The notes under the pieces were generated by a model that was given only the letters and a program-made list of their open reading frames with translations, did not search any database and was not told where the DNA came from. Both the position numbers and the translations under genes were made by a program. From assembly GCA_017615275.1 (NCBI GenBank), contig JAGAAO010000024.1:4172-68171 (forward strand): a stretch of DNA of 64,000 nucleotides, given 5' to 3'. This document shows positions 1-8,554 of this stretch, piece after piece (positions within the stretch are counted from its first letter, which is position 1; each line of letters opens with the position of its first letter). This DNA is from Butyrivibrio sp. (GTDB lineage: Bacteria > Bacillota > Clostridia > Lachnospirales > Lachnospiraceae).

Positions 1-457
1 TTACATTGACAATTCTGTCCGAAAGATAAACAGGAAGCGAAACTATCATGTGATAGCTTCTGTAGCCGCTGTCCTTCGGATTCATAATGTAGTCTTTGAT
101 AGTCAGCACCTGAATATCCTTCTGGCTGCTGATCATCTCTGCAATTCTGTATATATCGGATGTAAAAGAGCATATGATACGAATTCCGGCAATATCATTG
201 ACATAGCGTACCATATTCTCGATTGTGGACTCATATCCGTTCCTCTTGAGCTTTTTAACAATGCTCTCAGGCGACTTCACTCTCGCCTTAACATGCTCAA
301 TAGGATTATATCTGTGAACTTCCTGAAATTCCTCATTGAGGATCTCAATCTTGGTCTGTATCTGCTTCAAAGCAGCATTATAAAGAAGGTTGACTTCCTC
401 CCATGTGTGTATGTCATCAGATATTTTGATATTATTTCCGGAAAGATCTAATTCCAT
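1..457 (-). CDS. Small alarmone synthetase (RelA/SpoT synthetase domain, RelP/RelQ-like GTP pyrophosphokinase); 3' end cut by the window edge
   Basis: Absent from the ORF track. My translation from ATG at 457: MELDLSGNNIKISDDIHTWEEVNLLYNAALKQIQTKIEILNEEFQEVHRYNPIEHVKARVKSPESIVKKLKR...NDIAGIRIIC...KDYIMNPKDSGYRSYHMIV. RVKS, DIAGIR and SGYRSYH are hallmark SAS motifs. Confidence 0.92.
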   Translation of the reverse strand, partial: MELDLSGNNIKISDDIHTWEEVNLLYNAALKQIQTKIEILNEEFQEVHRYNPIEHVKARVKSPESIVKKLKRNGYESTIENMVRYVNDIAGIRIICSFTSDIYRIAEMISSQKDIQVLTIKDYIMNPKDSGYRSYHMIVSLPVYLSDRIVNV

Positions 458-460
458 TAT

Positions 461-1390
461 TTACTCCCAGTATTCCTTGTTCATCGAAAAGGCTTTTACC
501 AAAAATTTCGGCAATTTCCTATAATTTCTGCCAAGTTTATATCCAAGCCATCTGAAACCGCACATAACAATATAATGGGGGATAAGATGTCCTTTTCCGA
601 TATGTTTAAAGTGATCGACAGTCTGTCTGACCATCTTCTTTCCTTCGGATTCGGAACTTATCATTCCGAATATCTCGGGATGATCCGACTGTGACACACC
701 AAGGTCAAAGTTCCTGTGGAACTGCTGCATACAGGTATAGTTATGTGAATGAATAACTCCCGCGTTCGGGACATAACATATCGCATATCCCTGCTGGCAC
801 GCGTTTCCTGCATATACCATATCCTCATTAAAAATTGTCTTATGGGTAAATCCGCCTATCTTATCGAAAATATCGCGCCTGTACATGGCACATACATTTG
901 AACAAAAATAAGTCTTTATTCCCAATTTATCAACATCCGCCTGAGTCTTCTTAATAAACTCATTTGGATAATTAAATTTCCTTGAATATCTCTCCGCAAG
1001 ATTACAATCAGACTTGGGATACTGCCTCGCATATGCCGCTGCAACATCCTCTTCAAACACCTTCACAAGAGATGCTATCAACACTTTGTCTCTGGGAAAT
1101 GCATCCTGAGTCATCATAAGAAAATAATCTGCGGTAGATAGTTTAACACCACGGTTTCTCGTTTCGCCGTGATCAAATTCTTTTTTACTTACATGTTCAA
1201 GGATAATATTGTCATACTCTTCAACCGGATCTTTATCAGCTTTGCCGATAAAGTCATCCCAATATTTCTTCTCAGTATTCATGATGATGATATGCTCAGG
1301 TCTTACCGACTGCTTCTCAAGATCATCAATAAGCGTAAGAAGAGATATGTCCGGCTTATACGTAGGTATTATTACATCAACTTTATACAT
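461..1390 (-). CDS. GT2 glycosyltransferase, rhamnosyltransferase-like
   Basis: VIIPTY, FDHGETRN, MTQDA, FCSNVCAMY, IFNED and VIHSH motifs. ATG at 1390 follows GAGGT; the ORF track extends it to 1408. Confidence 0.88.
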   Translation of the reverse strand: MYKVDVIIPTYKPDISLLTLIDDLEKQSVRPEHIIIMNTEKKYWDDFIGKADKDPVEEYDNIILEHVSKKEFDHGETRNRGVKLSTADYFLMMTQDAFPRDKVLIASLVKVFEEDVAAAYARQYPKSDCNLAERYSRKFNYPNEFIKKTQADVDKLGIKTYFCSNVCAMYRRDIFDKIGGFTHKTIFNEDMVYAGNACQQGYAICYVPNAGVIHSHNYTCMQQFHRNFDLGVSQSDHPEIFGMISSESEGKKMVRQTVDHFKHIGKGHLIPHYIVMCGFRWLGYKLGRNYRKLPKFLVKAFSMNKEYWE

Positions 1391-1404
1391 TATTACCTCA
1401 AACA

Positions 1405-1442
1405 ACAAAGGGCAGAGCTCATACAGAACCCGGCCCTTTTGT
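1405..1442 (-). terminator. Intrinsic terminator-like hairpin after the LCP gene
   Basis: Minus strand reads AAAGGGCCGGGTTC-TGTAT-GAGCTCTGCCCTTT then GTTGTTT. The G-U pairs work only on the minus strand. Confidence 0.7.
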
Positions 1443-1460
1443 TTTAATTTTCATCTAGTC

Positions 1461-2795
1461 TTAATCAGTAGCTCCGGCAGTATCCGCGGCAACTTTCTCG
1501 CTGTACTTCTTAACATTCTCGGATACCTGATACTCTTTGTCATCAAACAAGAATTCATGTAACCACTTTACGTTACTTTCAAGATCCTTAGGGATTACGC
1601 AGCTTCCCTTATTTCCGACTCTACCTGTACCACGCATGCTTTCCTCCGGGAAACCATTGTCGCCTACAACCTGGTATTTAGTAACGTTCTTAACCATCTT
1701 AAGTATCTCGGGAAGGTCAAGTGTCGTAGCCGTTTCGTCGAAAGCTTTATTTGCAATTTTCTCAAGCTCAGCAGGGCTCTTAGTCTTGGCTAATTCAATA
1801 CATTTCATCAATACTTCTCTCTGCCTAGCGGCACGTGCGAAGTCGTTACCAGCCGTATATCTGATACGGCAATATGCTGTTGCCTGGAGTCCTGTAAGTT
1901 TCTGCACACCGGGCGTAGTAACTGCTTTATACTCCCTATGCATATCATCTGCCATCTTCTTCTGATAACTGTTCAAATGCGGAAGCTCTGCTTCATCAAC
2001 ATCAATTTCTACTCCGCCGAGCTCATCAACAACGTTTGCAAGTCCGCCGAAACCGATAGTTACAGAATCCGTTATATCCATATCAAGATTCGAATTGAGC
2101 ATGGCAATGGCTCTGTCAGGGCCGCCCTTGGCATATGTGGCGTTACACTTATTATACTCTTCTTTGCCCTCTTTATTCTTGCCCAGATTGAGATATGTGT
2201 CACGGTAAACAGAGCAAAGTTTAATTTCTCCTGTATCGTTGTTGATCGACGCAATAATAATTGAATCCGATCTTCCTGTCTCTGTGACTTTTCCGCTAAT
2301 ATTATCCAAACCAAAAAGTGCAATATTGGTATAGTCAGCCATCTTCTCATTTTTGGCTACTTCTTCGTGGATACTCTCGTCGATCTTTTCTTCATCCAGA
2401 TCGATCTTACCTACCTTGGTGACATTCGCCTTGTAAAATACATTGTATGCTACAAACAACAATACCAATGCCACAGCAATTTCACTTGCAAGCAAAATAA
2501 TTGCTTTGTTCTTTTTCTTACTCGAATTTCTTGCGGGTGCTCCCGATCTAGGAGACGATCCGTTTCTTCTAGGTGCATCATAATCTCTTGCAGATCTTGA
2601 GTTTCTTCCTGATGTTTCTGACTCCCTCCTTCTTATCGGGCGCTCATCATAATAATCATCATCATATCTTTCTCGTCTTGATCTCGAGTCTCTGTTGCTT
2701 CTTCCAGAAGTTCTTACATCATCTCTATATCGTCCATCCCTAGAGGAGGGTCTGCGTCCACCTCTATCGTAGTATTCATCATCGCGATTAGACAT
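1461..2795 (-). CDS. LCP (LytR-CpsA-Psr) glycopolymer-peptidoglycan ligase with an Arg/Asp/Tyr/Ser-rich N-terminal tail
   Basis: NIALFGLD, GRSDSIII, SVYRDTY, YCRIRY and NDFARAARQREVL motifs; one TM helix. ATG at 2795 follows AAGGAG (ORF track starts at 2861). Confidence 0.92.
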   Translation of the reverse strand: MSNRDDEYYDRGGRRPSSRDGRYRDDVRTSGRSNRDSRSRRERYDDDYYDERPIRRRESETSGRNSRSARDYDAPRRNGSSPRSGAPARNSSKKKNKAIILLASEIAVALVLLFVAYNVFYKANVTKVGKIDLDEEKIDESIHEEVAKNEKMADYTNIALFGLDNISGKVTETGRSDSIIIASINNDTGEIKLCSVYRDTYLNLGKNKEGKEEYNKCNATYAKGGPDRAIAMLNSNLDMDITDSVTIGFGGLANVVDELGGVEIDVDEAELPHLNSYQKKMADDMHREYKAVTTPGVQKLTGLQATAYCRIRYTAGNDFARAARQREVLMKCIELAKTKSPAELEKIANKAFDETATTLDLPEILKMVKNVTKYQVVGDNGFPEESMRGTGRVGNKGSCVIPKDLESNVKWLHEFLFDDKEYQVSENVKKYSEKVAADTAGATD

Positions 2796-2901
2796 AATAC
2801 TTCTCCTTGTCCCAAAACTATATATCGTTTTTTTGCGCAAAAAATTTAGCGCATACCTCATTTATTTTGCCATAAATGACAAAAATATACAAGTCTATAC
2901 G

Positions 2902-4362
2902 CTAATACGCATTTTTATTAACGAAACCATGTCTAAAAGTACCAACGATTATCCTAATATCGAAAGCAATAGACCAGTTTTCAATATAATAAATATCGTA
3001 ATCTATTCTCTTCCTTATGGAAGTATCGCCTCTGTATCCGTTTATCTGAGCCCATCCCGTAAGTCCCGGTCTTACCTGATGCTTAACCATATATCTGGGA
3101 ATCTGCTCCTTAAACTTCTCGACAAACTGCGGTCTCTCAGGCCTTGGTCCAACCAGACTCATCTGACCCACAAATATATTAAAGAGCTGAGGTATCTCAT
3201 CAAGACTTGTTCTTCGCAGGAACTTTCCTATTCCCGTAACTCTCGGATCGTTCTTGGTCGTCCATCCTTTCTTCTCATCGGATTCCGACTGAAGCTCCAT
3301 CGTCCTGAACTTATACATCATAAACGGCTTGCCACCGAGCCCTATTCTCTCCTGCTTGAAAATAACAGGTCCTTTGCTTGACTTCTTTACGAGAATCGCG
3401 ATCACTATCATTGGAATCGCAAATATAATGATTCCAAAGAAAGATCCGACTATATCCATCATTCTCTTTGCAAGCCTGTTAACAGAATTGGTAAGAGGCA
3501 CATACCTGATATTGATAACAGGAAGTCCCTGTACATCCTCCGTAAAAGGATTGCTTGGGAAAAGAGATGAATAATCGGGAATGAACTTGGTATGCACACC
3601 CGAATTCTCACACTTTGCAACAAGCTTCTCAAGAAGATCGTAATCATCCAAAGGAAGTGTGATCGTTATCTCATCATAATTACTGTTCTGAAGATAATCA
3701 TCGAGCTGATCTATTTTTCCCACAACTTCCACACCGTGATAGCTCGTACCTATCGGAACAAGATTATCCAAAACTCCGACTATCTGATAGCCCCACTGAG
3801 GGTTGTCCAATATTCTGCTGATATAGCCTTCCGCAGCTCTTGAATATCCCACTAGTAAAATGTGCTTGATGTTATATCCTTTTTGTCTTATAAACCTAAG
3901 GAAATTACGCAACAGCCCGTGAGCAAGCGTAGTCAAAAATGTGTTGAGGAATACGAAAATGGCTATCATTCCTCGAGACAAGTCATTCTGATGAGACGCA
4001 TACAGTACTACGAAGAAGCCGACTACGCCCATGACATTTGCCTGGAAAATATCAACAAACTCTTCCCATAACTTAAGCGTACGTCTCGAAGTATAGAGAT
4101 GAGCCATATAATACAGGAAAAGATATGCGGGAACCAAGAAGGAAAGCGCCATTGCATATTCTGTAAACGGAAGCTTACCGACATTCTTGCCATCCAAAAG
4201 ATAATTCTCAAGAGTGGTTATTCCCCTTTTTTCCGCGTTCAAACGGAAATTATACACATAATAAAACCATATAAAATATGATGCTATATATGAACCGGCA
4301 ACTATAAGTCCGTCCAATATCACATGTGCTCTGTTAAGATGTACTTGATTATCCTTGATCAT
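2902..4362 (-). CDS. Undecaprenyl-phosphate hexose-1-phosphate (priming) transferase, WcaJ/CpsE-like
   Basis: N-terminal TM helices, then KRMMDI, KFRTM, DPRVT, SLDEIPQ, MSLVGPRPE, RPGLTGWAQING and YIENWS. ATG at 4362 overlaps the upstream TGA. Confidence 0.93.
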   Translation of the reverse strand: MIKDNQVHLNRAHVILDGLIVAGSYIASYFIWFYYVYNFRLNAEKRGITTLENYLLDGKNVGKLPFTEYAMALSFLVPAYLFLYYMAHLYTSRRTLKLWEEFVDIFQANVMGVVGFFVVLYASHQNDLSRGMIAIFVFLNTFLTTLAHGLLRNFLRFIRQKGYNIKHILLVGYSRAAEGYISRILDNPQWGYQIVGVLDNLVPIGTSYHGVEVVGKIDQLDDYLQNSNYDEITITLPLDDYDLLEKLVAKCENSGVHTKFIPDYSSLFPSNPFTEDVQGLPVINIRYVPLTNSVNRLAKRMMDIVGSFFGIIIFAIPMIVIAILVKKSSKGPVIFKQERIGLGGKPFMMYKFRTMELQSESDEKKGWTTKNDPRVTGIGKFLRRTSLDEIPQLFNIFVGQMSLVGPRPERPQFVEKFKEQIPRYMVKHQVRPGLTGWAQINGYRGDTSIRKRIDYDIYYIENWSIAFDIRIIVGTFRHGFVNKNAY

Positions 4363-5339
4363 ACACCGGGTGCTCCAAACCTTCTTGCTACGTTTATCCA
4401 CAGCTCAAGCTGAAGTTTAACGCACTCAAGAAGTTCTTTCTTACCAAATTTTTGTCTTCTGTCTTTGTTATTTACAATCTTGGAAAATCCCGACATAATT
4501 CCTTTTATGTGATTTTTTCCAAGTCCCTTACGGACATAGAAGACATGCTTTATTATTATTCCCGCCAGAATCAATGGCAGATTTATAATAATCTGCAAAG
4601 CAGGCATATTTTTGTATATAAAGTATACGTTATTACCCGCTGTAAGTTCAACCTTAAATGAGTTATATCTCGATCCGGAAGTTCCGCTTCCCGCGTGATA
4701 CACCAAAGCCCTCGGATCACAGGCATTTATATACCCCTTTATCCTAGCTCTGTATCCAATATCCACGTCTTCAAGATAGCAAAAATGTTTCTCGTCAAAT
4801 AAGCCGACTTCATCAAACAGTTCTCTTCTGTACATAGCCGCCCCCGCGCATGCGGAAGTAACAGCCTTTGTCTTTGTAAGAAAACTGCTGTCCTTGTCTC
4901 TTCCAGGAGAAAAAGCCCATCCGAGAGCACAGTAATAATCTCCGCTGTCATCGATAAGATCGGGATTCGTAAGCTGAAGAAGTTTAGCCTGAACACTGAA
5001 AAGTCTTTTACCCTTTTCAATTGTATCCACCAACACCTCAATAGCTCTCTCATCGCATACGGTATCATCATTGAGTAAAAAGACATACTTTGATTCCGCT
5101 GCCTTTATTCCCACATTGACTGCATTCGCAAATCCCGTATTTTTCGAAAGCGCAATAACTTTAACATCGGGATGATTGTCCCTGATATATGTTACGCTCC
5201 CGTCTGTTGAACCATTGTCAACAATAATAACACAAAAATCCCTGTACGTCTGCTTTTTTAAGCTATTTAAGCATTCATCAAGGTATTTTCTTCCGTTGTA
5301 ATTTGGTATTACCACTGCAACAGTTTCCATAGGGATCAT
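4359..5339 (-). CDS. GT2 glycosyltransferase (WbbL-like rhamnosyltransferase)
   Basis: VVIPNYNG, VDNGSTDGS, NTGFANAVN, LLNDD, SACAGAAMY and YLEDVD motifs. Confidence 0.9.
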   Translation of the reverse strand: MIPMETVAVVIPNYNGRKYLDECLNSLKKQTYRDFCVIIVDNGSTDGSVTYIRDNHPDVKVIALSKNTGFANAVNVGIKAAESKYVFLLNDDTVCDERAIEVLVDTIEKGKRLFSVQAKLLQLTNPDLIDDSGDYYCALGWAFSPGRDKDSSFLTKTKAVTSACAGAAMYRRELFDEVGLFDEKHFCYLEDVDIGYRARIKGYINACDPRALVYHAGSGTSGSRYNSFKVELTAGNNVYFIYKNMPALQIIINLPLILAGIIIKHVFYVRKGLGKNHIKGIMSGFSKIVNNKDRRQKFGKKELLECVKLQLELWINVARRFGAPGV

Positions 5340-6742
5340 ATCCTCTTAATCACCTGCGGATCCCACACAATGCGAAGCCCGCGCTTTCTCACTTCATTAC
5401 ATACAGCGAAACTAAGCTCTATGATCTTTTCCTCAGAGAGCCCTTGGAATCTGTCATCTGCGCTCTTCTCCGCATTAAATGTATCTATGTACTTTAAACC
5501 CGTAACCTCTTCATAGACCGAGGTGAACTCAGGTCTTACAGCCATGCATCTTATGTCGACCGCATAGCAATCCTGCTGAACAACCGCTCTGTGCTGCAAT
5601 CCGCCGCTGTATCCAAGCGGTATTCCTTTATAAAGAGCCGTCTTGTCCTTTTGATATATTCCGCCCGCAACTTTGTTTTTCTTATTTACAAGCTTACCGC
5701 CGACACATCCCACATCTATCCTGCATGTAAGCATGTCGGGCAGATAGTTTACTCTGTAAAAACCAAGATGCGGAAGATCTGTAACTTCTGCGTCTATACC
5801 TGCTGCCTTAAGCGCAGAATCCACCGCACTTCGTCCCGCCTCGTAAGCATACGACTTACTTGCCGGATTGGCTGCTGTAGATCCGCTGTGGCATCGCCAG
5901 TGATAGAGCACTTTATCTATGTGCGCGATCTGTCCCGAAGCCATATCCATAGATAGAGCCGCTTCGCAACAAGTCCTCAGAAACAGATCAAAGTCCTGTG
6001 CTCCGTCAAATTTAGGTCTGAACTTCATTCTCTTTATTATATCCGCTCTTATGATCGTAAAGTGACAGATATAGTTATTTGAGAGAAGATAGTCCATATT
6101 GAAATCGGGCTTGGCATGAAGCTCGTAATATCTCTTTGTACCCTTGTCCTCTTCAAACTTATCCTCATTTGAATATATAAGCCTTATAGGACAGTTTTTA
6201 TATCCCGACAGATGATTTCGGCTCATGCTCTTTTTAATCACTCTGAAAGCCTCATAAAGAGCATCGGGAGTAAGAATGTCATCATGATCCAAAAGGCCGA
6301 TATAATCGCCCTTTGCATATTCCAAAGCCCTGTTCGTATTCTCTGAAATACCGCCGTTTTTTTCGATATGGTGGTATTTTATCCTGGGATCCTTATCTGC
6401 ATATTCCTTGGCAACACCCAAAGGAGAAGGGGAAGCATCCGCAAGAACAAGCTCCCAGTTGGAATAGCTTTGCTGCGTTACGGATTCTATCATCTCTCTT
6501 AAATATTTTTCCTCGGTATTGTACAAAGGAACAACAATGCTGAAGTTCACGGTTTCGCCTTCATCGGCGAAACGCTTGTACTCCAGATTCTGTTCCTTTA
6601 AAACATCAGAAGAGAGAGGGTGATACTCATACTTCTCGGAAGCATTTAAAGACGCCCTTTCAATTGCTGCATAAAATGCGGCCCCAACACCATTGCGCTT
6701 GGCATATGCTATTGTTTTAGTGACCGTATTCTTTATATTCAT
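5336..6742 (-). CDS. GT2 glycosyltransferase with an intact first domain and a remnant second domain
   Basis: FSIVVPLYN, GISENTN, LLDHDD, NNYICH, GAQDFD and LYHWR; the C-terminal part keeps only a DVGCVGGKL remnant. Confidence 0.88.
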   Translation of the reverse strand: MNIKNTVTKTIAYAKRNGVGAAFYAAIERASLNASEKYEYHPLSSDVLKEQNLEYKRFADEGETVNFSIVVPLYNTEEKYLREMIESVTQQSYSNWELVLADASPSPLGVAKEYADKDPRIKYHHIEKNGGISENTNRALEYAKGDYIGLLDHDDILTPDALYEAFRVIKKSMSRNHLSGYKNCPIRLIYSNEDKFEEDKGTKRYYELHAKPDFNMDYLLSNNYICHFTIIRADIIKRMKFRPKFDGAQDFDLFLRTCCEAALSMDMASGQIAHIDKVLYHWRCHSGSTAANPASKSYAYEAGRSAVDSALKAAGIDAEVTDLPHLGFYRVNYLPDMLTCRIDVGCVGGKLVNKKNKVAGGIYQKDKTALYKGIPLGYSGGLQHRAVVQQDCYAVDIRCMAVRPEFTSVYEEVTGLKYIDTFNAEKSADDRFQGLSEEKIIELSFAVCNEVRKRGLRIVWDPQVIKRI

Positions 6743-6748
6743 GTTCGC

Positions 6749-8488
6749 TTAGCCTACTACTTCTTTCACTGCTGCAGTGAGCTCATCCTGAAGCTTTGCA
6801 GCGTCTTCCAGATTCTTGCCCTTAACACCCATGTAGAATTTGATCTTGGGCTCTGTTCCCGAAGGTCTTGCGCAGCACCATGAATCATCATTAAGTGCAA
6901 AGTAAAGAACATTTGAAGTGGGAAGACCTGTCTTGGACTCTTCGCCTGTCTCCATGTTGATGACCTTACCTGTCTTGTAATCTCTGAATTCTTCAACCTT
7001 CCAGTTGCCGAACTGCTTGGGAGGATTGCTTCTAAGCTTATCCATGATAGCTGCGATCTGCTCAGCACCTTCCTTACCCTTCATTGTGATGGAATACTGA
7101 CCTTCCTTGTAGTAGCCGTACTCCTCGTACATATCTATCATAGCGTCCCAAACGCTCTTGCCCTGCTTCTTGTAAAAAGCAGCAAGCTCGCACAGACACA
7201 TAACCGCAACTATAGCGTCCTTATCTCTTGCATGTGTTCCCGCAAGACATCCGTAGGACTCCTCGAGACCAAATACATAATTGTGTGACTGACCGTTCTG
7301 CTCATAGAGCTTGATCTGCTCACCGATATACTTAAATCCTGTAAGAACTTCCGTATAGTACAGTCCGTATTTCTCAGCAACATGTTTTGCCATGTTTGTT
7401 GTAACTATTGTTGTTACGAAAGCGGGATCAGCAGGCATTGTTCCAACTTTGGTGCGCTCTCTTAAGATATACTCACCGATGAGCATACCTGACATATTTC
7501 CTGTAAATCCAACATACTCGCCTGTCTTAAGATCTTTTGCATAGATTCCGAGACGGTCCGCATCGGGATCGGTTGCAAGAACGATGTCGGCATCTTTCTC
7601 TTTGGCAAGTTCAAGCGCAAGCTTAAATGCCTTGGGATCCTCGGGATTGGGATAATCAAGAGTTGTGAAATCCGGATCCGGAGCTTCCTGCTCAGGAACC
7701 ACATACACATTCTTAAATCCAAGTTCTTTAAGAACTCTTCTCACGGGAAGGTTACCTGTTCCGTGGAAAGGCGTATATACAATGCTGAACTTATCAGCCA
7801 TCTCGTCGATGACATCCTTGTGAATAATCTGCTTCTTAAGTTCAACCATGTACTTGTCGTCTATCTCTGTTCCGAATGAAACATAGAGTCCCTGCGCGAT
7901 GGCGTCCTCTTTGGACATAGTCTTAACTTCATGGTAATCCGTGATCGCAACAACTTCCGCAATAATTCCGTTGTCGTGAGGAGGTGTTACCTGTGCGCCA
8001 TCCTCCCAGTATACTTTGTATCCGTTGTACTCAGGCGGATTGTGAGAAGCAGTTACCATTACTCCTGCGATACATCCAAACTCTCTGAGTGCAAAAGAAA
8101 GCTCGGGTGTGGGACGTAAAATATCGCTCACATATGCCTTGATACCGTTTGCAGCAAGGCAAAGTGCCGTCTCATCGGCAAACTCGGGTGAAAACCTTCT
8201 GCAGTCGTAAGAAATTGCTACGCCCTTCTTAGCCGCATCGGCTCCGCCGTTTTTCTTTATATAATTTGCAAGTCCCTGTGTTGCCTTTCTTACAGTGTAC
8301 TTGTTCATTCTGTTTGTTCCGGCACCGATAACTCCTCTGAGTCCGCCCGTACCAAACTCAAGCTCCCTGTAAAATCTATCTTCAACCTCTGCCTCATCAT
8401 TTCTGATAGCCATCAGTTCCTGCTTTGTCTCGTCATCAAAATAAGAATCGTTAAGCCAATACTCAAACTGTTTTGACGCTTCACTCAT
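6749..8488 (-). CDS. pgm: Phosphoglucomutase/phosphomannomutase
   Basis: FGTGGLRG, TASHNP phosphoserine loop, DPDADR metal loop, EESYG and RPSGTEPKIK. Probable ATG at 8488. Confidence 0.93.
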   Translation of the reverse strand: MSEASKQFEYWLNDSYFDDETKQELMAIRNDEAEVEDRFYRELEFGTGGLRGVIGAGTNRMNKYTVRKATQGLANYIKKNGGADAAKKGVAISYDCRRFSPEFADETALCLAANGIKAYVSDILRPTPELSFALREFGCIAGVMVTASHNPPEYNGYKVYWEDGAQVTPPHDNGIIAEVVAITDYHEVKTMSKEDAIAQGLYVSFGTEIDDKYMVELKKQIIHKDVIDEMADKFSIVYTPFHGTGNLPVRRVLKELGFKNVYVVPEQEAPDPDFTTLDYPNPEDPKAFKLALELAKEKDADIVLATDPDADRLGIYAKDLKTGEYVGFTGNMSGMLIGEYILRERTKVGTMPADPAFVTTIVTTNMAKHVAEKYGLYYTEVLTGFKYIGEQIKLYEQNGQSHNYVFGLEESYGCLAGTHARDKDAIVAVMCLCELAAFYKKQGKSVWDAMIDMYEEYGYYKEGQYSITMKGKEGAEQIAAIMDKLRSNPPKQFGNWKVEEFRDYKTGKVINMETGEESKTGLPTSNVLYFALNDDSWCCARPSGTEPKIKFYMGVKGKNLEDAAKLQDELTAAVKEVVG

Positions 8489-8554
8489 CTTCGTTCCCTC
8501 CTTAAAGTTCAACTAAAAAATATTATAATAGCATGTTTTAAAATGCGCCATGCC

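Noticed and set aside
50-451. Plus-strand 133-aa ORF
   Set aside because: It is the antisense shadow of the minus-strand alarmone synthetase, which has clear motifs.
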